Below are positions 52,850 through 64,000 of a stretch of 64,000 bases of DNA, one piece after another. The stretch comes from Leucoraja ocellata. Lineage: Eukaryota. Position 1 is the stretch's first letter, and each line of letters opens with the position of its first letter. Below the pieces are notes generated by a model, which did not search any database, had not been told where the DNA came from, and worked only from the letters and a program-made list of their open reading frames with translations. The position numbers and the translations under genes are program-made. The stretch spans positions 1,116,001 to 1,180,000 of the forward strand of contig JAWMAR010000531.1 in NCBI GenBank assembly GCA_036785375.1. The letters run 5' to 3'.

Positions 52850-54160
52850 GCTATGCCATCTCGTCCTTGATTTTTCCATTTTGGGGAGAAAGTGTTTTGA
52901 CTCAATCCAATCTATGACTCATAATTCTGCATACGTTTGGGAGGTCCCATCTCATCCTCGGGCGTTGCAGGGAAATCAATCCAATTATGTCTCACCTCAT
53001 CTTGTGGTTATTCTGGTTAAACAACATCTGCCATTTTGTCGCCCATTTCTGCACCTGGTCTCTAACCTGCTGCATTCCCCCTAATTGGGCATCATTCTGC
53101 TAAACATCCTCTGCATCCTTTGTAAAGCCTCCACATCCATCTAGTACTGGACCGCTCAGAAATGTAGACAGTAGCCACACTGAAGCATAACAAAAGTCCA
53201 AAAAGTAGCATCATGACTCTATGGCCGTTATCCTCAATGTCCCGACCAATTAAGGCAAGCATGCCATCTACCTTCTTAGCACGATATCTAGTTGTATTGT
53301 CCATTTCAGAGAATTACGGACTTGGTTCCTACGCTCGCTCTGTACACCAATACTGTTGTAATTCATTCTATATTTTCCCCCTTACATTCGACCTCCTAAA
53401 GTGTCGCACCTCACACTTATTCTGGTTAAACTACATCTGCCATTTTGTCGCCCACTTCTGTACCTGGTCTCTTTCCTGCTGCGTGCGTTGACAGCCCGCA
53501 GTCCGCAACCCAAGCAATCTTGGTGTCATCTGCAAATTTACTAACCAACCCATCTACATTTACAACCATGTAATTCATATATATATCACACGCAACTGAG
53601 GAAGGTGCACAGGTGGCTGCAGAACTCCATAGGTTGTCGATCTCCTGTCTGGAAAGTGTCCTTCCACCACAACACTAACTTCTATCCGTAAAATAGTTCC
53701 AAATCCACACGTCCAAGTCACTGTTAATCCCGTGCAATTTAATCTTCTGGATCAGCCTACCATAGGGGACTTTATCAAATGCCTTATAAAATCCACGTGC
53801 ACGATGTCCACTGCCGAGTTATTGATTACCTTGGTCACCTCCTCAAAAACTTCGATCAAGTTAGTAAGGCACCAGCTGCCGCGGATAAAGCCATGCCTAT
53901 TAATATGTCTAAGTAAACCATTCTCTTCCAAATCCCAATCTGAAGAATCCTCTCCGTAGTTTATCATTCACTGATTAGTGGCGCACTGGCCCATAAATTC
54001 CCGGATTCTCTCTACTTCCTCGGTTAAACAAAGGATCAACACTAATTACTCTCCAGTCCTCAGACCTGGCCTGTTGCTGGAGGTGCAAGGATCTTCGTCG
54101 AGGCTCCTGCAATATTCCATTTTGTCTCTCGAATAACTTGTTGATGTATCCACCTCAACG
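52850..54160 (-). mobile_element. Old degenerate CR1 ORF2 (RT) remnant
   Basis: RHGFIRGSWCLTNLIEVFEEVTK..VDIVHVDF on the minus strand. Confidence 0.7.
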
Positions 54161-57100
54161 ATCACCTTTATTCACGACCACCAATACCCACTCCTTCTTA
54201 GTCTCACAGTGTCCTTACATCCATGAAACTACCAGAGCAAAGAATATAGTAAAGAGAGGTTACAATATTACAGTTGCAGATAAAGTGCAAATAGATAATG
54301 CAAGGTCAATGAAGTAGGTTTGGAGACAACAGCGAGGAAGAAACGTCCCTGACTCTGGTGGTACATGTTTACAAGCTTTTGTGTCTTCTGTCCGATGGAA
54401 GAGCGGAGACCAGAGGGATAATGGTCTATGATCATGTTGGCCGCTTTCTGAAGCAGCGTAAAATGTCGTAAAATGACAGTCTCTGAAATGTAGACGGAGT
54501 CCATTGGGAGAGGTTGCTTTTGTGATAGACGAGGGTACATTAGCAACTCTCTGTAGCATTTAGAATTAACAATAATGTAATTGTTTACAGAGCTATCAAC
54601 AGAATCTAGACGGCATATATCGACCATGGAGTGAAAGCACGCAGTAAAAACTGGTTTGTTTTGATTTTCTGCCTAATGACTAATTGTGGCGACCAGTTGA
54701 GTTCCTCCTGCAATTTGTTTTTTTTATCGCTCCACCTGAGAAGCATCTCCTTTAATGTGTCCATATGTCTACAGGCAGGTCAGCCTGGGAGGGAAGGTAT
54801 TGCATTTGTATTTAGAGGTGCTCGGAATGGCGAACAGTGGCAGAGATGGGGCAGCATGCAAGCAATCACGACTGTACCTCGCGACACTGAATTTCCGAAC
54901 CTAATTAAACTTTTCAACATTATCATTGTGGCGCCTCACATATTCGCGTACACATCCACCTACATTTTTACTGTGATGCATATCCCGGTTGCACATGGCC
55001 TTTATTTATCAATTACTTTCGGTCGGATGACACAAAGTAATCACAAATCAGGAGAACGCACGACAAATATTCGCCTCACTCGTCTGGATTAAAACCTCAG
55101 TAGTTCTGTCAATGTTCAATTGTAGGCCTAAATATGTGTAAATATTCTGGCAAATACAGTAATAAATTGAATGGGCAGATGGTCGATTAGAATGTAATTA
55201 GAAGCAACTTGGCAAAAGATGCTTATGTAGTAAGAATGATTGATAAGTTTGTTGATGGCACGAAAATTCGTGGCATTGTTAATATTGAGATTGCAGTCAG
55301 TTTGCAGATTGATGTTGATCACCTGGTCAAATGTGCAAGATAATGCCAAGTAGAATTTAATCCTGATAATTATGTTCTGTTGTACATTGCGACATTAAAT
55401 AAGTGTAAGTCACAAATCATGCATGGTAGGTTCCAGCATTGAGCAACAACATTCGTTAATCAGCAAGTCTAAAGTTCCATGCAAATGACAGGGCAGGTAT
55501 GACATGCTAAAGAAGGCTTATGAAGTACTTTCTCAGATGGCAACCGCTCTTTGGATGAGGCATCTATTCCTCAGATCACCGCTAGTTTCTCAATGTTCAT
55601 CTTAGACCTGTGCCCTTCAGGCTTTCACACCTCTGCTATGAATATAAGTGCCTTATTGTCTGCGCTATAGATGTCCCTCATATTTTTTTAATATCCCAAT
55701 CATGTTTGCAAAACAGCCTCAGATGCACCTAACAAAACGGCACCGGCATATCGCGGCTTTCCTTATAGCGGAAACATTCCATCACAGGCAATATCAAGAT
55801 GAAGATTCTGTGCAATCTCTCCAGAATATTCCTGTGCGTCCGATGCAATGCTGATCAGAACGGCACCGAGTATTCTAGCTGTGACATAACCACTACAAAA
55901 TCCATGTAGACAACATCCACCGCCCTACCTTCATCGATCACCTTCCTCGTCTCGTCAAAACATGATCAAGTTAGTAAAATAGGAGTCATTTACAAAGTCA
56001 TTCCAATTAATGCCCCTAATTAACCCATTCTCTTTCAAAGTGGAGTAAATCCTATCTGGGAGAATCCTCAACAATAGCTTCTCTACCACAGACGAGAGGA
56101 TCGCCGGCCTATATATTTTTTCTAGATTCTCTCTACCTCCCTTCTCAAATAAAGGAACACAATTATCTACTTTCCAGCGCTAATCACATCGCGTGTGGCT
56201 AGAGAACATCAAGGATCTCCGTCAATGCTTCTGCTATCTGCCCGTCTCAATAATCTGGGACCTCCTGGGGATTTATCTGTTGTAATGCTTTTCAAGAGCC
56301 CCAACACTTCCCCATCTTAATCCAAAATTTTCATGGCATAATAGCATTCTCCACACTGAACTCACAATCCACCATGTCCTTGTCCTTTGCCTTTGTAATC
56401 CAACGCAACAAAAAGGGTCTCGACCAGAAACACCACCCATCCCTTTTCTCCAGAGATGCTGCCTGTCCCGCTGCGAGTCCAGCTATTTATGGCTATCTTC
56501 GGTTCAAACCAGCATCTGCAGTTTCTTCCTGTGCAACAAAGAGCTTTATCACTTACCCACTTGGCCATTCTAATCGCCCACGTGAGTTCTTTCCCCATTG
56601 TTTTATGTTCATCAAAAGCTGACTTCATCTTCAAGTAATGGGTTGGGTAATCAGGACTAAAAAGGAAAGCATTCTTCGCTGAGTGCAATTACAAAGTTTT
56701 GGATTCTTTACTGCAGGTGATCGCCAATACCTATATATATTCCAGATAGTAATATAGATATAATAATATAATAATACAATAATATAATATATTATTATAC
56801 CTATAGCACTATGTACACGTTATATTTCCGGTTTCGGCATATCCTGCACCTAAAAAAGCAGCCTCCAAATCTCATTTTTTCACATTATAAAGGGTGCATT
56901 TAAATTAATTAAAGTTCATACAGATTAATTTTCATAGATTCAGACTTTAGATCTTACCTTTCAGTTTGAGTTGATTCACAAAGTTTCACAACTTTGTGTT
57001 GCAGCATCTCAGAAGGGACTTTGCTTTCAAGACTTTCTTCCACTTCTATCCACTTAGCTGCACATTTTTCAGACTTCTTAATGCTTTTCTCACTAAATTC

Positions 57101-57424
57101 AATTCCTGAACAAAGAACCTTCATCGGAATCTCCAGTAAAACAGGCATCAGTGAAGCCCTCTCAGCTATGATGTGTGCTAGTCTGAAACAAAGCGCGTGA
57201 TTGGCCAACTGGCAGACAACTCAATGTTAAACATCCTTTGATTGGACTAAAACTGCCCGATATTTTTCCAGTTTTTCTCTAATTTAATAAAAATGTGCAA
57301 GTCTTGTTCATGACGAGTTTCAGGGGCGATTTATATAATTTTTTAAAACAATATATGAACATTTCCTGTAGTTCTGTGACTTGGGTCACGAAACACTGGA
57401 ATAAATCTCCTCGGCGAACAGCCT

Positions 57425-57655
57425 ATTAGCCACAAGGGCAACATCTTAAATATAGCCAAATGAACTGGCGTCAACTACCTTCTGTGGCAGATAATTCCAG
57501 AGATTCACCACTCTCTGTGTGAAAAATGTTTTTCTCATCTCGGTCCTAAAGGATTTCCCCTTTATCCTTAAACTGTGACCCCTTGTCCTGGACTTCCCCA
57601 ACATCGGGAACAATCTTCCTGCATCTAGCCTGTCCAACCCCTTAACAATTTTGTA
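57425..57655 (-). mobile_element. CR1 ORF2 3' fragment
   Basis: YKIVKGLDRLDAGRLFPMLG..FFTQRVVNLWN. Confidence 0.85.
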
Positions 57656-59655
57656 TCTTCTACCGAAGATAACCACAAACGCACGACAGGGAGCATCTAT
57701 AGAGAAGGAATTGGTGACCTTTCGGGTCGAGACACTTCTTCAGACTGAGAGTCAAGGGAGAGGGAGACATAGAGATAAGGAAGGGTTACGTGTGAAACGA
57801 GAGATCAGAGGGGACGTGAATCAAGGAAAATGTAGAATAGATCATTGTTAGCTGAGGGGAAGGCGGCAACGAGGCACACAAAGTTATTTTAATCAGGACA
57901 AGGGGGACTAGTCGGTGAGCTAGGATGGGGGAGGGGATGGAGAGAGAGAGAAAGCAAGGGTTACTTGAAGTTAGAAAAGTCAATACTTTATGTTCCAACG
58001 TTCTCCGTCATTCTATCACACATACCATATCACCCAATCCCTGACTACACCCAGTCCTTCATCCACATTCACACTGCATTAGACAACCTTGAATCTACTA
58101 CCTCACCCTTACACCTCTTGCACAAGCACGTTCAAGAGATGCAGAAACACTGGACAGAACACATACGTATCACCTGATGTGCCAGGAATCTCAGTGTGAG
58201 AGCAGAGCAGAGAGAGCAGAGCCACAATGGTAACAGACTCTGCTTGTGTCCCGATATCACAGACTGGCTTTACAGTCATTGTATTCGAACAAAAATCAGT
58301 CCTCGATGACCACAGACTAACTGACCATGACGGGCAAAATCCGAGAACAACAAAACTACAGGAACATGACCAACATACGTTTGGGCTGGTTTATCAACTT
58401 TGGTTGGAGCTCAGATTTTTAAGCTATCTTCATGAACTAACATTTTTAAAAATGAGCCATCGAGCAGTTGGTAGTAGGTTGCAATCACCATCTTAACCAA
58501 TAATGTGGAGATAATACCCGATAACACTATTGATTTAGGGATATTTGCCAGGGATGGCGGACTAGTTATGGGGAGACCTCCAACCCTGTGCCGCAGCCAG
58601 GTCAATAGACATTTGTAGCAACGTTAAGACTCGATATTGTTAATAACGTTGGATTTGAATAACACAAAATGGTGCTGGAAACGTGGCGACTATTGCGTGC
58701 CGTCTTAGTATCATGCACTATTCTTGCACTCTTGTAGCTTTATACTGCAAGATTTTTTTTACTAAACTGTATGCCAAAAAAGAAATGTCACTGTACCTTG
58801 ATACATGTGACCATTAAAAACACACGTCAATGTAACCATGTAATCAGCAAGAGGTCCACCTTCTTGATGCCCACAATGAAATCTAGTACATTCTCCAATG
58901 TGAATCATTTGAAAGGCATTGTTCTGTGCATGATAACCCCATCAATTTGTTTGGTGCAACCAGACTTTTGAGGTTGAAAGCATGTATAGACCAAAATGTC
59001 AAGGAATATGCCTGCCCTTTTCTCACCTGCAATATTGTTTGCCCAAAACCACTGTTCAAAATATTGCAAATAATCATTGGATTACCAAATTGTGCTAAAA
59101 TCATGCATGGGTTTCCATCTTATAAAGTGCTATCTCAAAATCCATATAAACTATGTGCATGGACATTTTCCATGTCCATTGCACTAACTACACAATTAAA
59201 AGATGTGAACATGCTCAATAGACTTGTGCTACCCTTTACATGTCCATGTTGGCTCTCTCAAATCAAGAGACTTTTTACTGTCAACCTTTAATTACAAATG
59301 CCAATAACCTCCCAACAACTATCAATAAACTGACAAGTTTGAGCTTCCCTCACCGTTTTTAAATAATGGAACTGCATAAGTATTTTTGCAATTTAAGAGG
59401 GCCAATTCAAGAAATAATCCCTGTAAAGGATATTAGACGTAGTCCTTAGTCCTTCACTAAGTCTTTATTAAGACACTACATCCACACATCCCAGCACTGA
59501 CCACAACTGGTCTACACACGTACTGGAACCTACAGGGGGAGGGTGCATGCAGATACTACAGTTATACTACATAAGGTGGGAGTGTCAATATGGTAATCAG
59601 GTAACTACATATTTGGTTTCATGCATAACCATCTACAATCCCTATTGATGATTAT

Positions 59656-60539
59656 TGATTTGGACGAGGGAATGCAACATCTCCAAGTTTGCGGATGACA
59701 CGAAGCTGGGGGGCAGTGTTAGCTGTGAGGAGGATGCTAGGAGACTTGGATGGGCTGGGCGAGTGGGCAAATGCATGGCAGATGCAGTATAATGTGGATA
59801 AATGTGAGGTTATCCACTTTGGTGGCAAAAACAGGAAAGTAGACTATTATATAAATGGTGGCCAATTAGGAAAAGGGGAGATGCAACGAGACCTGGGTGT
59901 CATGGTACACCAGTCGTTGAAAGTAGGCATGCAGGTGCAGCAGGCAGTGAAGAAAGCGAATGGTATGTTAGCATTCATAACAAAAGGATTTGAGTATAGG
60001 AGCAGGGAGGTTCTACTGCAGTTGTACAGGGTTTTGGTGAGACCACACCTGGAGTATTGCGTACAGTTTTGGTCTCCAAATCTGAGGAAAGACATTCTTG
60101 CCATAGAGGATGTGCAGAGAAGGTTCACCAGACTGATTCCTGGGATGTCAGGACTTTCATATGAAGAAAAACTGGATAGACTCGGTTTGTACTCGCTAGA
60201 ATTTAGGAGATTGAGGGGGGATCTTATAGAAACTTACAAAATTCTTAAGGGGTTAGACAGGCTAGATGCAGGATGATTGTTCCCGATGTTGGGGAAGTCC
60301 AGGACAAGGGGTCACAGTTTAAGGATAAAGGGGAAATCCTTTAGGACCTAGATGAGAAAAACATTTTTCTCACAGAAAGCGGTGAATCTCTGGAACTCTC
60401 TGCCACAGAAGGTAGTTAAGGCCAGTTCATTGGCTATATTTAAGAGGGGGTTAGATGTGGCCCTTGTAGCTAAACTGATCAGGAGGTATGGAACGAAGGC
60501 AGGTACAGGATACCGAGTTGGATGATCAGCTATGATCAT
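59656..60539 (+). mobile_element. CR1 LINE 3' fragment; its 3' UTR resumes at 62895-62967
   Basis: ORF2 C-terminus with stops; UTR is cut after TGATCAT. Confidence 0.85.
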
Positions 60540-62894
60540 GATTGAGTAATGAGGAAGGGTTAGTTAGCAATCTTGTTGTACGTGCCCCCTTGGGCAAGAG
60601 TGACCATAATATGGTTGAGTTCTTCATTAGGATGGAGAGTGACATTGTTAATTCAGAAACAATGGTTCTGAATTTAAAGAAAGGTAACTTTGAGGGTATG
60701 AGACGTGAATTGGCCAAGATTGACTGGCAATTAATTCTAAAAGGGTTGACGGTGGATATGCAATGGAAGACATTTAAAGACTGCATGGATGAACTACAGA
60801 AATTGTTCATCCCAGTTTGGCAAAAGAAGAAATCAGGGAAGGTAGTACATCCATGGATAACAAGGGAAATCAGGGATAGTATCAAAGCGAAGGATGATGC
60901 GTACAAATTAGCCAGAAAAATCAGCATACCGGAGGACTGGGAGAAATTCAGAGACCAGCAGAGGAGGACAAAGGGCTTAATTAGGAAAGGAAAAATAGAT
61001 TATGAAAGAAAACTGGCAGGGAACATAAAAACTGACTGCAAAAGTTTTTATAGATATGTGAAAAGAAAGAGATTAGTTAAAACAAATGTAGGTCCCTTGC
61101 AGTCAGAAACAGGCGAGTTGATCATGGGGAACAAGGATATGGCGGACCAATTGAATAACTACTTTGGTTCCATCTTCACTAAGGAAGACATAAATAATTT
61201 GCCGGAAATAGCAGGGGACCGCGGGTCAGAGGAGTTGGAGGAATTGAGTGAAATCCAGGTTAGCCGGGAAGTGGTGTTGGGTAAATTGAATGGATTAAAG
61301 GCCGATAAATCCCCAGGGCCAGATAAGCTGCATCCCAGAGTACTTAAGGAAGTAGCTCCAGAAATAGTGGATGCATTAGTAATAATCTTTCAAAACTCTT
61401 TAGATTCTGGAGTAGTTCCTGAAGATTGGCGGGTAGCAAACGTAACCCCACTTTTTAAGAAGGGAGGGAGAGAGAAAATGGGGAATTACAGACCAGTTAG
61501 TCTAACATCGGAAGTGGGGAAACTGCTAGAGTCAGTTATTAAAGATGGGATAGCAGCACATTTGGAAAGTGGTGAAATCATTGGACAAAGTCAGCATGGA
61601 TTTACGAAAGGTAAATCATGTCTGACGAATCTTATAGAATTTTTCGAGGATGTAACTAGTAGCATGGATAGGGGAGAACCAGTGGATGTGGTGTATCTGG
61701 ACTTCCAGAAGGCTTTCGACAAGGTCACACATAAGAGATTAGTATACAAACTTAAAGTACACGGCATTGGGGGTTCAGTATTGATGTGGATAGAGAACTG
61801 GCTGGCAAACAGGAAGCAAAGAGTAGGAGTAAACGGGTCCTTTTCACAATGGCAGGCAGTGACTAGTGGGGTACCGCAAGGCTCAGTGCTGGGACCCCAG
61901 CTATTTACAATATATATTAATGATCTGGATGAGGGAATTGAAGGCAATATCTCCAAGTTTGCGGATGACACTAAGCTGGGGGGCAGTGTTAGCTGTGAGG
62001 AGGATGCTAGGAGACTGCAAGGTGACTTGGATAGGCTGGGTGAGTGGGCAAATGTTTGGCAGATGCAGTATAATGTGGATAAATGTAAGGTTATCCATTT
62101 TGGTGGCAAAAACAGGAAAGCAGACTATTATCTAAATGGTGGCCGACTAGGAAAAGGGGAGATGCAGCGAGACCTGGGTGTCATGGTACACCAGTCATTG
62201 AAAGTAGGCATGCTGGTGCAGCAGGCAGTGAAGAAAGCGAATGGTATGTCAGCTTTCATAGCAAAAGGATTTGTGTATAGGAGCAGGGAGGTTCTACTGC
62301 AGTTGTACAGGGTCTTGGTGAGACCACACCTGGAGTATTGCGTACAGTTTTGGTCTCCAAATCTGAGGAAGGACATTATTGCCATAGAGGGAGTGCAGAG
62401 AAGGTTCACCAGGCTGATTCCTGGGATGTCAGGACTGTCTTATGATGAAAGACTGGATAGACTTGGTTTATACTCTCTAGAATTTAGGAGATTGAGAGGG
62501 GATCTTATAGAAACTTACAAAATTCTTAAGGGGTTGGACAGGCTAGATGCAGGAAGATTGCTCCCGATGTTGGGGAAGTCCAGGACAAGGGGTCACAGCT
62601 TAAGGATAAGGGGGAAATCCTTTAAAACTGAGATGAGAAGAACTTTTCTCACACAGAGAGTGGTGAATCTCTGGAACTCTCTGCCACAGAGGGTAATCAA
62701 GGCCAGTTCATTGGCTATATTTAAGAGGCAGTTAGATGTGGCCCTTGTGGCTAAGGGGATCAGAGGGTATGGAGAGAAGGCAGGTACGGGATACTGAGTT
62801 GGATGATCAGCCATGATCATATTGAATGGTGGTGCAGGCTCGAAGGGCCGAATGGCCTACTCCTGCACCTAATTTCTATGTTTCTATGTTTCTT
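60540..62894 (+). mobile_element. Young 5'-truncated CR1 (HER1-like) LINE with uninterrupted 751-codon ORF2 portion (60542-62797)
   Basis: End of APE (PLGKSDH), KSPGPD, NYRPVSLTS, YLDFQKAFD, GVPQGSVLGP, KFADDTKL, C-terminal domain, 3' UTR and TTTCTATG tail. Confidence 0.93.
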
Positions 62895-63684
62895 TGATCA
62901 TATTGAATGGCGGTGCAGGCTCGAAGGGCCGAATGGCCTACTCCTGCACCTATTTTCTATGTTTCTAAGAGAGGCAATAACCAAAGTGTCTGCTGTTTAC
63001 CAGCCTTTAAATTCCAGCATGGAAACCTTTTAGTCCTCACCAACATTTCTGTCAATTGTAGTGAGTTTCAGTCCTCAAATTATTAAATTCCCTTGTATAT
63101 TGAATGTATTTTTGCAAGCGGATTGGGATTAAGATGGTTTTGTACAATGGTACGGGGTGTTGTTGAAATGGTACCTGGAGTATTGTTCACAGTTTTGCTC
63201 CCCTTAACGTAAAAGATGGATACAGTAGCAACAGAAATGCCAAATGAAATCCACGATGCCATTTCCTGAGATTAACAGGTTGTCCTACCGAGGATAGTCC
63301 TATCAAATGGAGCTAAACAGGTTGTGTCTATATTTTCTAGAGATTAGAACTAAGATGACCCTACAGAGAAATAGAAGATTTTGAGCAGGCATGACAGGGT
63401 AGATGTTAAGATGTTCCTACTAGTAGGAGAGTCTTGAACAAGGAGGCATGTTACAAAATAATACATCAGTCATATAAAACAGAGGAGCATGACATTTTAT
63501 TTTTCAATGGATGGTGAAGACCTGGAAGTATTTACATCGCTTCCAGTTTTCTAAGTTAAGAATATTTTTTACTTTTTTCCATTCACCGTCATTTAGTGTT
63601 ACGATATATCCCAAATTTTATATCATGATGGGTGTATATTTGGAATGTCAGTTATTTTCACAATGAGAAGTATTGATCATACCC

Positions 63685-63815
63685 NNNNNNNNNNNNNNNN
63701 NNNNNNNNNNNNNNNNNNNNNNNNNNNNNNNNNNNNNNNNNNNNNNNNNNNNNNNNNNNNNNNNNNNNNNNNNNNNNNNNNNNNNNNNNNNNNNNNNNNN
63801 NNNNNNNNNNNNNNN
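63685..63815. other. Assembly gap (N run)
   Basis: 131 N characters. Confidence 1.
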
Positions 63816-63990
63816 ACCTTCAATGGGATCCCACTACTAGCCACATCTTCCCATCTCCAGCCCTTTCTGCAGAGACCGTTCCCTCCAAAGCTCCCAGGTC
63901 AACACGTCCCTTCCCACCCAAACCACCCCTTCCCCAGGTACTTTCCACTGCAACCACAGGAGATGCAACACCTTTCCCTTTACAGCCCCC
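63816..63990 (+). mobile_element. Penelope-like element coding fragment
   Basis: Degenerate DPTTSHIFPSP..RDRSL..PGTFHCN..RCNT, resembling the linker/Zn-knuckle preceding GIY-YIG. Confidence 0.55.
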
Positions 63991-64000
63991 CCCCCCCCCC

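Noticed and set aside
54631-55092. 153-aa ORF as a gene
   Set aside because: Non-ATG start, no recognisable domain, and surrounded by decayed repeats.
60542-62797. Host gene, retron or other novel RT system
   Set aside because: Ordinary CR1 ORF2 with LINE tail and many decayed siblings in the window.
1-64000. CRISPR array or prokaryotic systems
   Set aside because: No regularly spaced short repeats; the sequence is intron-containing vertebrate DNA.

Overview
Eukaryotic genomic DNA, almost certainly from a cartilaginous fish (skate/ray/shark); this is inferred from the gene architecture and repeat families. The core of the window (~1-52 kb) is a head-to-tail array of four immunoglobulin light-chain clusters about 13-15 kb apart. 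Each has a leader exon, a germline-joined VJ exon with no RSS, and a lambda-family (type II-like) C exon. All four have open frames, canonical splice sites and a polyA signal. The four V regions share one 8-aa CDR3 join and differ mostly by replacement substitutions in or beside the CDRs, often as tandem changes. The units are recombinational mosaics of one another. The spacers contain nested retroelements (young and old CR1/HER1-like LINEs, an RTE-X-like LINE, Rex1/Babar-like, Penelope-like, tRNA-derived SINE), a palindromic MITE, and a U1-snRNA-headed LINE-tail chimera. Beyond the array lie an older diverged copy of the 3' spacer with no Ig exons, a 751-codon open CR1 ORF2 nested in another CR1, and an assembly gap. 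All comparisons were made by eye, and repeat boundaries are approximate.
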